DNA of 64,000 nt from a virus. The stretch lies in the IMG/VR virus record IMGVR_UViG_3300044614_001341, positions 1 through 64,000 of that record. One strand, written 5' to 3'. The notes beneath the pieces were generated by a model, which worked only from the letters and a program-made list of their open reading frames with translations, was not told the origin of the DNA and did not search any database. This document shows, one piece after another, positions 46,585-56,525 of this stretch; position 1 is the first letter of the stretch, and every line of letters starts with the position of its first letter. Made by a program: the position numbers and the translations under genes.

Positions 46585-47246
46585 CTGTATCCTTTACAGT
46601 GATTGAATTTTCCTTCACAGGTATATTTAATGTTAGAAGGATTTGTTTCTACAAATTTAGCAGCATCACTAATAGATTGAAACTCTCTTAAAAAGTTTCC
46701 TTCAATATCATACTGGAATACTTTGGTTCTTTTTATGTTTGGATTGTTTTTTAGTGTTTGAGAAGTTTTAGATTTACTTTCTTCTTTGTGTGATTTTCCA
46801 GCAAATCCACAAGGAGATGGTTGTCCCTTTCTCATTTTACTCCACTTTTCTTTTTGTTCTTCGGTATGTGTTTGATTGTAGAATGGATTTTCTTCTTTAA
46901 TAAATTTACCTTTTCTTTTTAATGACAATAGTTGCTTCGTTTTTTCTGTATGAGAATACCCAAGCATACCACCATCACCACCAAGAGTTTGATTATATTT
47001 TGGTTTTAATTTAGAAATCCAAAACATTTCTCTAAAACCTAAATTATCTTCACATTTTTCAATTTCTTCAATAATAAAATTGTCTTTTCCATACTTTCTA
47101 ATTGCCCGATGAAGATATGTTGTTGAACTTCTTTTAGTGGCATCATAGCAGTGACTATAAAATCTTTTTTTCAAAGAGTTCATTGTCTTTCCAACATAAG
47201 TTTTATTATTGATTTTATTGGTTATTAGATAAATGCGTCCAGACAT
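46563..47246 (-). CDS. GIY-YIG homing endonuclease with NUMOD3/NUMOD1 domains
   Basis: GRIYLITNKINNKTYVG, YNQTLGGDG, VFQYDIEG..FQSISDAA. Confidence 0.93.
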   Translation of the reverse strand: MSGRIYLITNKINNKTYVGKTMNSLKKRFYSHCYDATKRSSTTYLHRAIRKYGKDNFIIEEIEKCEDNLGFREMFWISKLKPKYNQTLGGDGGMLGYSHTEKTKQLLSLKRKGKFIKEENPFYNQTHTEEQKEKWSKMRKGQPSPCGFAGKSHKEESKSKTSQTLKNNPNIKRTKVFQYDIEGNFLREFQSISDAAKFVETNPSNIKYTCEGKFNHCKGYRWSYQEL

Positions 47247-47252
47247 AGATAT

Positions 47253-47292
47253 TATTAAAACCTATTACTATTTATAATAATAGGTTTTAATA
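47253..47292 (-). promoter_or_regulatory. Late promoter in a 15-bp hairpin over the HEG RBS
   Basis: TATTAAAACCTATTA-TTATAAATAG-TAATAGGTTTTAATA. Confidence 0.85.
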
Positions 47293-47298
47293 GTTTTG

Positions 47299-49599
47299 TC
47301 AAATGGTGCAACTATCGCACGAAGATTCATCACTCTCCAAAATATCATTAAGAAGTGATTGAAGGTCTTGTTTTGGTTCTTCAATTACCTCATCAGTTTT
47401 GTGGTCATAAGTATTTTGATAGTATGCTGTTTTCCATCCCATCTTCCAGCACATAAGAAGGTCTTGAGCCATTACTGATGTTGGGACTTCATTATCTGGG
47501 TAATTTTCTGGATTATAAGACCAGTTCCCAGAAATCGCTTGATCAAAGAATTTTTGCATAACAGCAACAATATGAATGTACCCACGATTGCTAGGCATAT
47601 CCCAAAGAAGCGTATAATTGTTCTTAAGTGTTTGATACTGGGGAACAATCTGCTTAAGGGGACCTTTCTTCGATTTCTTAACGGACAAGTAACCGCGAGG
47701 TGGTTCGATTCCGTTAGTTGCGTTTGACACAACGGAACTGCTCTCCGATGGCATCTGTGCGGACAATGTTGAGTTCCGTACTCCATATTGTAGTACTTGC
47801 TGTCTAAGACTCTCCCAATCATACTTAAGTTCGTTAGGTACAATCTCATCAACATCCTTCTTATAAGTATCTATAGGAAGAATCCCTTGCCCATACTTAG
47901 TTCTATGAGAATATTCGCAAGCACCTTTTTCTTTAGCAACATTTACGGTTGCTTGAATCAAATAATACTGAAATGCTTCAGTAAGGTCGTGAACCAGTTT
48001 CCAAGCACCAGGATCATCATAATTCTCACCATTCTTAGCGAGATAATGAGCAAGACCAATATAACCTACGCCAAGTGAACGACGTGCTCTTGTGGCAATT
48101 TCTGCTGCTTTGACAGGATATCCTTGAAAATCAATGAGTTCGTCAAGAGAGCGAACAGCAAGATCGCAAAGAACCTCAAGGTCTTCATTATCCCGAATCT
48201 TTCCAACGTTAATAGCAGAAAGAATGCAAAGAGCAATTTCACCATCAGGATCATCAATATGTTGAATGGGTTTGGTTGGAAGAGTAATTTCCTGGCACAG
48301 GTTGCTCATCTCAACTTTATCCATAAAGGATGAGTGAGAGTTACAGTGATCGATATTCATAATATACAAACGACCAGTTTCTGCACGTTCTTTCAGGAGG
48401 TCCAGAAAGAGTTCTTGAGCTCCGATAGTCTTTCTTGGAATAGACTCATCTCGTTCATAACGTACATATAACTCGTCAAAAGCATCAGTTCCAAAAGCAT
48501 CATACAGACCAGGAACTGCGTGTGGGGAGAAGAGAGAGACCTCTTCGTTTTTGATGAATCGTTCATAGAACAATTTGGAGATTTGGATACTGTAGTCTAA
48601 CTTACGAACACGGTTATCTTCGGTTCCTTTGTTATTTTTTAATACTAGGATGTCTTCGATCTCTTGGTGCCAGATTGGGAAGTGGACAGTTGCTGATCCA
48701 CCTCGGATGCCATTTTGAGTGCAGCATCGGACAGTTGCTTCAAACTTTTTGAGGAAAGGGACAACACCTGTATGCTGAACTTCTCCACCTCTGATTTTAG
48801 CGTTGATGCCCCTGATGCGACCTGCGTTGATACCGATGCCCGCCCTTTGTGCAACATATCTGCCGATAGCCATATCAGAACTAAAGATGCTATCGAGGGT
48901 GTCATCAACATCAACAAGAACACAGCTAGCATATTGTCGAAGTGGAGTTCGCACTCCCGCCATGATAGGTGTGGGAATGTTGATTTTGTGTTTGGAGATT
49001 GCATCGTAGTACTTCCTAACGTAGTCTAAACGGGTTTCTTTAGGATACTTTGAAAAAATAGTTGCCGCAATCAAAAGGTACATAAACTGTGGCGTTTCAT
49101 AAAGTTCACCAGAACTTCTGTCTTGCACAAGGTACTTATCAACGACTTGACGTAGACCTGCATAAGTGAACAAATAGTCACGACTGTGATCAATGAACGA
49201 CTCAAGTTTATCAAACTCTTCATCGGTATACAGGTCAAGAATTTCTGCGTCATAGACGCCCCTACCAACGGCACGAAGCACGTGCTGCTTAACTGTAGGG
49301 CATTCGTGCATACGACCAAACAATTGCTTGCGAAGGGCAAACAGAAGCAGGCGAGCAGCGACGAACTGATAGTTGGGGTGATCTAGATCAATCAGGTCAG
49401 AAGCAGAGCGAATCAGAATTTCCTGAATCTCTGCAGTTGTAATACCATCATAAAATTGGATGCCTGATTGCATTTCTACTTGAGATGCTGATACGCTTGC
49501 TAGGTCTTTGCAGGCTTCCTCCACCATAATGTGGAGTTTATTTAAATCAAGGGGTTCAGTTTTACCATTTCTCTTAACGACTTTCGTTCCGTTGCTCAT
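47299..49599 (-). CDS. nrdA: Ribonucleotide reductase class Ia alpha subunit
   Basis: ATP cone VVKRNG, PTPIMAG, SNLCQEI, C-terminal CDSC. Confidence 0.98.
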   Translation of the reverse strand: MSNGTKVVKRNGKTEPLDLNKLHIMVEEACKDLASVSASQVEMQSGIQFYDGITTAEIQEILIRSASDLIDLDHPNYQFVAARLLLFALRKQLFGRMHECPTVKQHVLRAVGRGVYDAEILDLYTDEEFDKLESFIDHSRDYLFTYAGLRQVVDKYLVQDRSSGELYETPQFMYLLIAATIFSKYPKETRLDYVRKYYDAISKHKINIPTPIMAGVRTPLRQYASCVLVDVDDTLDSIFSSDMAIGRYVAQRAGIGINAGRIRGINAKIRGGEVQHTGVVPFLKKFEATVRCCTQNGIRGGSATVHFPIWHQEIEDILVLKNNKGTEDNRVRKLDYSIQISKLFYERFIKNEEVSLFSPHAVPGLYDAFGTDAFDELYVRYERDESIPRKTIGAQELFLDLLKERAETGRLYIMNIDHCNSHSSFMDKVEMSNLCQEITLPTKPIQHIDDPDGEIALCILSAINVGKIRDNEDLEVLCDLAVRSLDELIDFQGYPVKAAEIATRARRSLGVGYIGLAHYLAKNGENYDDPGAWKLVHDLTEAFQYYLIQATVNVAKEKGACEYSHRTKYGQGILPIDTYKKDVDEIVPNELKYDWESLRQQVLQYGVRNSTLSAQMPSESSSVVSNATNGIEPPRGYLSVKKSKKGPLKQIVPQYQTLKNNYTLLWDMPSNRGYIHIVAVMQKFFDQAISGNWSYNPENYPDNEVPTSVMAQDLLMCWKMGWKTAYYQNTYDHKTDEVIEEPKQDLQSLLNDILESDESSCDSCTI

Positions 49600-50567
49600 A
49601 TTTTCTTCCAGTTGTTAAACTTAATTTTTGCTTCTAAACCTGAGTAGGTATTTGATTTTAACACATCCATAACATTAAGTCCAGCTAAAACCATATCATT
49701 AATATCTTTTTGCTGAATACTCGTTGGCCAAATAATTACCTTGTCACCTCTATTGATGGTTTTTGATATTCTGTTGACGATTTCTCGATTGCGTGGTTCG
49801 TTATCAAAAACGTAAATATAATCGCCCCAATTAAACGCCCCAATATCAACGTCGGACCCGCACATAGCAACAGCATTTTCAATAAATGTTGAGTCGAAAG
49901 GTCCTTCAACAATGTAAATGGGTTTCGAAGAATCCACTTGGTCAAGTCCATAAAGTTTGGGCGATTCATCAGAGAGCATCACAGTAATATATTTAACAGG
50001 ATTGGGACCCAATGCCCTTCCCTGAAAACCTATTAAATTAGAGTCTGTATCATACAATGGTATAATAATGCGACTCTCATCCCTACCGATAGTGTCAAAC
50101 GTAACTTTTTGAGTGTTAGTCCATGCTTTAAATTTATCAGCAAAATAAAACTTTTCTGGATTGAGTTTCCTTTTTTCCAGATACTCTTTAGCGATTGGTA
50201 TTTTTGATGCTTTAGGCAAATCTAGTTTCTTTTTAAAGACTGGTTTTGCAAACTCAAACTTTGGTTCCTCAACCACAAAGTTTCTACCAGTGTGCCCCTC
50301 CTTGAACTTCTCAAGTGTATACTGCTTGTGAAGAACTGGATCTATTTCTTTGAGGAAGTTATTAAACGATAAACTTGCTCCGCAATTATGACACTTAAAG
50401 TTGGTATTGTTCTTTACTGGATAAATATACCCTCTAGTCTTATTCTTGTTTTTTTGAGAGTCCCCACAAATAGGGCAGCGAAAGTTGTAGAGATCTGCCT
50501 TGACCCTTTTAAATTTTTGAAGACGCGAAGATACCAATCCAATATACTTGGAATCAATCAAATCCAT
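49596..50567 (-). CDS. DNA primase (T4 gp61)
   Basis: FRCPICGDS..FKCHNCG, IVEGPFDS, FDNEPRN. Confidence 0.95.
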   Translation of the reverse strand: MDLIDSKYIGLVSSRLQKFKRVKADLYNFRCPICGDSQKNKNKTRGYIYPVKNNTNFKCHNCGASLSFNNFLKEIDPVLHKQYTLEKFKEGHTGRNFVVEEPKFEFAKPVFKKKLDLPKASKIPIAKEYLEKRKLNPEKFYFADKFKAWTNTQKVTFDTIGRDESRIIIPLYDTDSNLIGFQGRALGPNPVKYITVMLSDESPKLYGLDQVDSSKPIYIVEGPFDSTFIENAVAMCGSDVDIGAFNWGDYIYVFDNEPRNREIVNRISKTINRGDKVIIWPTSIQQKDINDMVLAGLNVMDVLKSNTYSGLEAKIKFNNWKKI

Positions 50568-50579
50568 TATGAAGGTGCT

Positions 50580-51041
50580 TTACTTTGCTCTCTCTATTGT
50601 AACCTGAGATGGTGAGCGTGTCAAGAAAGAAACCGCTGGAGGAGCAAATTTGATAAAGATTGCAATGACCGCTAAACCACCCAGCACTTGCCATCTAAAT
50701 TTTGAAATACTTTCTACTTTTTCTTCTACCTTATCTATCCTTTCACCCAATTCTTTACTTATTTGTTCATGCTGTTCTCTTGATGATCTTTTAATATCTT
50801 CAATCATCGATACAATTAAATTGTCAGTTCTATTACACTGTTCAATCTTTTCATTATGAACGGCAAGCATTTGACTGATATTTTGACTCGTCTCACCAAT
50901 CTTTTGAATTGCCGTATCAATTCTTTCCATCATCTGCTCATACACAGATAACCTTTCTTCCAATATTGCTATTTTTGTATCGGTAGATGATGGATTAAAC
51001 ATTGTCCTAATTATTGTGGTGGTTTTCTTCTTTGCATCCAA
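50580..51041 (-). CDS. Coiled-coil protein with C-terminal TM
   Basis: Heptad-rich, KFRWQVLGGLAVIAIFI. Confidence 0.7.
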   Translation of the reverse strand: MDAKKKTTTIIRTMFNPSSTDTKIAILEERLSVYEQMMERIDTAIQKIGETSQNISQMLAVHNEKIEQCNRTDNLIVSMIEDIKRSSREQHEQISKELGERIDKVEEKVESISKFRWQVLGGLAVIAIFIKFAPPAVSFLTRSPSQVTIERAK

Positions 51042-51244
51042 CGAGAACGAGACCCTTTTCCACCATAGATATATCTTTTTTTCGGTGCAGGCATCACTGG
51101 GTCATATCCTGCAACAGGACCTTTTGGATCGGCGGCGCCAGTAAACCCATTGGCACCAACTACCATACCCTCCTCTTTAAGGGTTCTAATAATAGAAATA
51201 ACTTTATCAATATCCATTAGATTGCTTGCAATTGAGAAAGACAC
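51011..51244 (-). CDS. Hypothetical protein
   Basis: GPVAGYDPVM motif. Confidence 0.6.
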   Translation of the reverse strand: MSFSIASNLMDIDKVISIIRTLKEEGMVVGANGFTGAADPKGPVAGYDPVMPAPKKRYIYGGKGSRSRWMQRRKPPQ

Positions 51245-51588
51245 TCATTGTCTTCCGGAATATCATGAATTTGAGTTCTAGGGTATTCTGGAAAACGATT
51301 CAAAAACAAAAGAAAACTTTTAATAGATGGCCACAGTTCTTTTTCTAAATTATAGAAAAGTAGAGGAACCGTAGCATCACTAAAAACATTAAAAAGTATG
51401 ATTAAATGATTAAGTATAAGATGAGTCTTAAGCTCACCAGTATTCTTATATCTCTTTAGTAGTCTTTTAACATAACGAATTCTTTTCAAATCAGTTTCAA
51501 AATCCTCCATCGTTACCGCTTGAGGATTATCGTAGAATTTTATAGCGAATAGTAAATAATTTTCTTCATTCAATTCATCAAATCTCAT
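51217..51588 (-). CDS. Conserved T4-like hypothetical protein
   Basis: YDNPQ..F..DLKRIRYVKRL..LILNH. Confidence 0.8.
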   Translation of the reverse strand: MRFDELNEENYLLFAIKFYDNPQAVTMEDFETDLKRIRYVKRLLKRYKNTGELKTHLILNHLIILFNVFSDATVPLLFYNLEKELWPSIKSFLLFLNRFPEYPRTQIHDIPEDNECLSQLQAI

Positions 51589-51598
51589 ACATCAATTA

Positions 51599-52183
51599 TC
51601 AGCTTTCTGGATATCTGGAATCGTCGTCGGCGTCGTTAGTAATGCTACTTCCAGCGACTAGAGTTTCGGACTTAACTCTGAAATTGCCGTGATTATCAAC
51701 GTAAGTTACAATACCAACCCATCCAGCGTGAGCAACTGCATAAGCAGCATTTTTACCACCAACTGTTCTACCAGCTGCAACAGTAGCTTCAATAGTGCTT
51801 ACACCAACAACAGTTGAAAAATATGCTTTAGCACCATTACTATTTACCTTTACATCTGGTGCATAATATTGTCCATCCTCAAGAGTGTATTTTGGTTTTT
51901 GGGTTACTGTATAAGCAACACCAACACTTATTCCTGGTCCAGTAGTCCCTATTCCAATGAGAAATTGAGTTGATCCAATTGAAAGTTGAGTAGCAGATGT
52001 TACTCCAGTTATAACCGCCTGTCCGTATGTTGCACCAACGCCAATGACTAGAATATCACCAGTAGAAATTCCAGCGGTTACAAAAGTTGTACCACTTCCA
52101 GTTACAACTTCAGTAGTGAGATTGATTGTAATAGTTCCCGTAAGACCAGAACTGAATGAATCTTTATTGCCCCAAAGAGACAT
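51599..52183 (-). CDS. Virion structural protein
   Basis: MSLWG..HAGWV..RVKSETLVA; TATAAATA upstream. Confidence 0.7.
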   Translation of the reverse strand: MSLWGNKDSFSSGLTGTITINLTTEVVTGSGTTFVTAGISTGDILVIGVGATYGQAVITGVTSATQLSIGSTQFLIGIGTTGPGISVGVAYTVTQKPKYTLEDGQYYAPDVKVNSNGAKAYFSTVVGVSTIEATVAAGRTVGGKNAAYAVAHAGWVGIVTYVDNHGNFRVKSETLVAGSSITNDADDDSRYPES

Positions 52184-52272
52184 GTTTCCCTACCTATAAA
52201 TTCTGTTATATTGATATTTATAAAAAAAGAAGACCTTTACTTTTGGCCTTCTTTATTTTATTTAATTTTATA

Positions 52273-52452
52273 TCAGGGTGTTAAATCTTGAGCACCTTTC
52301 TTCTTCAATACTCCTTGAGCTTGAAGAAGAATAAGTGAAAGAATACCGTTTGACTTAACTTTTGGATTTGCTCCAAGTGCTTCCGAAACTGCAAAAAGAA
52401 CGGTTGCGATAAGAGCCTGATTTGCTAAACACCAAGCGACGACTGCCGACAT
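52273..52452 (-). CDS. 59-aa membrane protein (holin-like)
   Basis: MSAVVAWCLANQALIATVLFAVSEALGANPKVKSNGIL...; GGAGG RBS. Confidence 0.65.
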   Translation of the reverse strand: MSAVVAWCLANQALIATVLFAVSEALGANPKVKSNGILSLILLQAQGVLKKKGAQDLTP

Positions 52453-52492
52453 GATGACCTCCGCGTGAAGAGTATCATGTATTATTTAGGAA

Positions 52493-54130
52493 TCAATCAA
52501 ATCTAGAACCAAGGTCAGGTCTTTTTCTTGCTTGCTTAGCAGCATATCTGCCTTCACCCTGCTTACTTTCAGGTTTCGCATAAATTCCACCCGGTTGATC
52601 TACGTATCTACGACTTGATGCACGTCTTTCCTCTTTTGTTCTACCTTCTTTACCTCTGGTATGAGGATTTTGTCCCCCAGAATAAGAAGTTTGTGGGTTG
52701 GCAATTCCACCAATTTTCGTCTTTTGGCGCTGTCTTTGTGCTCCAGTAGAACCAAGTCCTCTCTTTTCTTCTGCTCTTGCTTCATCAACCATTTCACCTT
52801 CTAGATCATAAGAACACTTAAGACCAATTGCTCTCAGTTTGTTTTTAGCAAGATTCATAGCAGTTGGAATTGAACGGGGATCCATTTCATCCTGTTCTTT
52901 CTTTGCTTTTTTATCTGCCTGAACAACTGTTTCTTCTTTTACTGGTTTCGTTGGTTTTGTTTTTGCACCCCCAAAAATTTTTTGAACATTTTGCGGAAGT
53001 TCATCTACAAATTTATAAACCGAAGGTGGAACATTGGGAGCACTTCCACCACCTTTTGGTTCTGCTGCTTCTTTAACATGACCAGGAAGATCTTTGTGCT
53101 TGGTCTTTGCAAATTTCTTTGCTTCTTTCTTACTCATTCCTGCTGCTGCTTTTGCAACTTCTGGAGATGCTGGTTTTGCTCCCTTTTTAGCAGCATAAAC
53201 CATTCCCATAAACTTTTGTTGGGCGGTACTTACTGCCTTTTCTGTAATGAAAGGTCCTTCCATTTCATGATGAGCAACTTGCATATAAGAAGTTGAATTT
53301 TTTCCAGTTCCAGGAACTTCTGGATTAATAGTAATAGAATTCTTACCCTTCATCACATCAATTTTCTTTTGATTTGCATCAGGATTTACTTTTTCATCAT
53401 TTACTTCGCCAAGAAATGCTTCCGCAACACCCTTTCTTTTACCAATCGCAGTACTTCTAACTTTTCTACGATTCAGAAGATACTTATCAGTCTTATCGTG
53501 GTCACCGTCATTATCAATGTCCTTATCTTCCTTACCAACTGGGTCTAAACCTTTACCTGCCTTTGCTCTTGCAGTTTGCTCACCTTTCTTTTTTTCACCT
53601 TCATAAGGTTCACCATACCCAGTCATTTCGACAGATTGAATGTTTGAATTGGAACGAAGTGCATTAATCTTTTCGCGGTCAGCATATCTTACATATGAAC
53701 GACCATCCTTACCCGTAACTCTTACCTTATATTTTCTATGTTCAGAAGCTTCTAACTTTTCCATATATGTTAGAACGATTGGTTCCTCTTCTTTTTGAAC
53801 CCCCTCTACAAATACCATGTAAAGTGCATTTGCTACATTGGATGAAGCAAATTCTTCAATATTAAATTCTTCTGCTTTCATCCCACCTTTACCAAATAAT
53901 TTCTGCTTTACCAGAGTTTTCTCTTGTTGACTCATACTACTGTTTGCAATATATTGTGAATATGCTTGTTGAAGAGGTAACTCTTCTCTTCTAGCACGAT
54001 AACGAATATCATAAATTGCTTGCTTTACTCTTTTTTCTGGAGATTTACCACCAGCTTCCTTTTTATCTCCAGCAGCAGCGGCAGGAGCGTGTTTTCTTGC
54101 TGGAAGCTCTTCAGCAATATGTTTTTTCAT
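52493..54130 (-). CDS. Charged low-complexity protein, possible internal head protein
   Basis: DKDIDNDGDHDKTDKYL; AVSTAQQKFMGMV; many hydrophobic-x-E motifs. Confidence 0.7.
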   Translation of the reverse strand: MKKHIAEELPARKHAPAAAAGDKKEAGGKSPEKRVKQAIYDIRYRARREELPLQQAYSQYIANSSMSQQEKTLVKQKLFGKGGMKAEEFNIEEFASSNVANALYMVFVEGVQKEEEPIVLTYMEKLEASEHRKYKVRVTGKDGRSYVRYADREKINALRSNSNIQSVEMTGYGEPYEGEKKKGEQTARAKAGKGLDPVGKEDKDIDNDGDHDKTDKYLLNRRKVRSTAIGKRKGVAEAFLGEVNDEKVNPDANQKKIDVMKGKNSITINPEVPGTGKNSTSYMQVAHHEMEGPFITEKAVSTAQQKFMGMVYAAKKGAKPASPEVAKAAAGMSKKEAKKFAKTKHKDLPGHVKEAAEPKGGGSAPNVPPSVYKFVDELPQNVQKIFGGAKTKPTKPVKEETVVQADKKAKKEQDEMDPRSIPTAMNLAKNKLRAIGLKCSYDLEGEMVDEARAEEKRGLGSTGAQRQRQKTKIGGIANPQTSYSGGQNPHTRGKEGRTKEERRASSRRYVDQPGGIYAKPESKQGEGRYAAKQARKRPDLGSRFD

Positions 54131-54139
54131 GAGTAAACT

Positions 54140-55456
54140 TTACTTCTTACTTTTTCTATATTTATTTATGAATTGCTTAATATCATATCCCAAATATGCC
54201 TTTCCGCCCGCTTGAAGATTTTCTTTTCCAGTTCCAACTGCACCTGGAGTCATATCTGAAAAATGTTTGAAGGCGCCCAAAGTTCCAGTAAGAGTATTAG
54301 GATGAATATTATCTCTCATTTTACGATCCATTCTAACCTCAGTGTATTCTACTAAGTCTTTGATCCAAGACTTGAACATTTGACCAGACTCAGTTACACA
54401 AATTAGATAGTTGGTGCCTCTACGAATAATACGACCAACTAATCCAGTATTTAAATTTTCAACTTTTTCACCAAGTTTAAAAATAGATTCTGTAAGATAG
54501 TTTTCACGAAGAGTTTGAAAATCAAACTTAGGTGCAATCTCCCAAATACTCCACCCTTCTTTAACACTCATTGCACCACGAAGGATATTAAAAAGTTCTT
54601 TTGCTTCAGCAGGTTTAACCTCTGGGGGAAGACCTGAACGGAAAGTTTTAAAGTCACCTTCTGCTGCAGCAAGCCTCATTCTAGATGCGGACATTCCTTC
54701 TACACCTTTTGCGTCAGGATCTCTATCTCCAGCAGACATAACTTCAATATTATCGAAGTTATATAATTGACCATTATATTGATTAGAAAGTTTTTCAAAC
54801 TCTTTAACTCTATCTCCACCACCAATAATTCTTACACCAGCATAACCATTATTATGTGCCATTTTTAAGACATCAAAAATGGTTTTAGTATTAGAGTCAT
54901 TTACAATATTGCCCGCATGATTTGGATAAAACTTTTGCATATAAGCAATCTTTGTATCAGGATCAAGAGGATTCTTTTTCTTATCCTGACTTCTTGAAGG
55001 AAAGATTAGATATTGTCCATCTTTATCTTGAGATGCTGCTTGTGCCGCAACGTCCATTAATTGCTGGTGTCCAATTGTTGGTGGGTTAAAACGACCAAAA
55101 GCGACCGTAAGAGTTCCTTTTGTTTTGGGAACTGGAAGATATCGTGCAGGTGGTTGTTCTTGTGCTGCTGCTTGTTGCTCTGGTGCAGGTGCTTGCTGCT
55201 GAACAGGTTGCTGTTGAAGTTCTGGGTCATTATACCCAGGTGATGCAATTGTTTTTTCTTTTTCAGTTTGTACTGGATCTTTACCACCAACTTTTTGACG
55301 CTTATTATAAAACTTAAGTTGCCCGCCTTCAGTTTTTGCTACAAACTCTCCTTGCTTATCGTACCAACCACCATGCCCATCTCCAACAAGTCCAAGACGC
55401 TGTGCTTGCTGAGATGCGGTTGCTTCTGTTATGAATTGGAAAAAACTTTTCATCAT
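54140..55456 (-). CDS. HIGH-superfamily nucleotidyltransferase (cyanophage cytidylyltransferase)
   Basis: FGRFNPPTIGH, MSASRMR. Confidence 0.9.
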   Translation of the reverse strand: MMKSFFQFITEATASQQAQRLGLVGDGHGGWYDKQGEFVAKTEGGQLKFYNKRQKVGGKDPVQTEKEKTIASPGYNDPELQQQPVQQQAPAPEQQAAAQEQPPARYLPVPKTKGTLTVAFGRFNPPTIGHQQLMDVAAQAASQDKDGQYLIFPSRSQDKKKNPLDPDTKIAYMQKFYPNHAGNIVNDSNTKTIFDVLKMAHNNGYAGVRIIGGGDRVKEFEKLSNQYNGQLYNFDNIEVMSAGDRDPDAKGVEGMSASRMRLAAAEGDFKTFRSGLPPEVKPAEAKELFNILRGAMSVKEGWSIWEIAPKFDFQTLRENYLTESIFKLGEKVENLNTGLVGRIIRRGTNYLICVTESGQMFKSWIKDLVEYTEVRMDRKMRDNIHPNTLTGTLGAFKHFSDMTPGAVGTGKENLQAGGKAYLGYDIKQFINKYRKSKK

Positions 55457-55500
55457 CTATTAGAATATGTATTCATTTACTCTTATATAATGTATTTATT

Positions 55501-56424
55501 CTACACAAATCTTGCAACGGTCCTTCCCCCAAGAGGATTAATCGTAATTCTTGCCCCTTTTATACCATGATCACTTCTATCACCTTTATACACTGCTAAA
55601 AATATTGGTTCATAAGGACCAGTAATTCTATCACCATTATTCATTTTATGACCAGAAGACGTGAGTTCATAATATGTCCCTCTCTTTAAAACATTCAAAG
55701 TTCCTTGCATTGTTACATCTACATTATTTTCACCTGCAGGACCACTATAATTTTGACCATATACTGCTAATTTTTTTAATGTATCATCCTGTATTCTTCT
55801 ACCTACTGTAGTTGCTGGAGGCATACCATCAGGAAACATATTCATCAGAGTGTTTATAAATGCTTGAGTTTCTGGATGTCCATAAATTGTAGGTTCAACT
55901 CTTTTAGATGTTCCTGCCCATTGTTGAAATCCCCTTGGACCAGATCCAGCTTTATGAGATACGTGCCCAACATATCCACCCTGACCTACAAAATGAAAAT
56001 CACATTTTGGTGTTCCTGGTGTACTTTCACAAAGACCAACTTGATATGTTATTTTTCCCACTTTTAATGGAACAAAATCTGTACCAAGTTGATCCATTAT
56101 TTTTGTCAGTTGCTTATTAATACTAATAACTTCGGCGTCTTCTTTTGCCGTTGTTGCTTGAGTTCTTCCAGAAAATTCAGAATCCTTATAAAGTTCTGTG
56201 AGTCTTATTTCCTTTCCAGAATCAGTCAAAAGAACTATTGATTGACCCTTTTTAAATTTGTTAAAATTAGAAATACTTGTTAATTCTTTTAACAAATTTT
56301 TATTTAATTTTACAGATGCACCGTTACCATCGTTTACTTTAAATTCTTTTGCGTTACGAATTCTAGATACAAAGATATTAAAATTATTTCTTTTTGCAAG
56401 TTCGGATACTGATAACGTAGCCAT
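55501..56424 (-). CDS. Hypothetical protein, possible PD-(D/E)xK nuclease
   Basis: EDAE..TPKCDF..VSHK. Confidence 0.5.
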   Translation of the reverse strand: MATLSVSELAKRNNFNIFVSRIRNAKEFKVNDGNGASVKLNKNLLKELTSISNFNKFKKGQSIVLLTDSGKEIRLTELYKDSEFSGRTQATTAKEDAEVISINKQLTKIMDQLGTDFVPLKVGKITYQVGLCESTPGTPKCDFHFVGQGGYVGHVSHKAGSGPRGFQQWAGTSKRVEPTIYGHPETQAFINTLMNMFPDGMPPATTVGRRIQDDTLKKLAVYGQNYSGPAGENNVDVTMQGTLNVLKRGTYYELTSSGHKMNNGDRITGPYEPIFLAVYKGDRSDHGIKGARITINPLGGRTVARFV

Positions 56425-56443
56425 TTTTATTTTTATTTAGAAG

Positions 56444-56525
56444 TGCCCAAAAGAGGACTTGAACCTCCACTCCTTACGGAACAAGTGCCTAAAACTTGCG
56501 TGGCTACCAATTACACCATTTGGGC
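56444..56525 (-). tRNA. tRNA-Leu(UAG)
   Basis: GCCCAAA/TTTGGGC acceptor, TTTAGGC loop, variable arm. Confidence 0.93.

Noticed and set aside
54140-55456. CCA-adding enzyme for the CCA-less tRNAs
   Set aside because: HIGH-motif fold, not the Pol-beta-type nucleotidyltransferase fold of CCA enzymes
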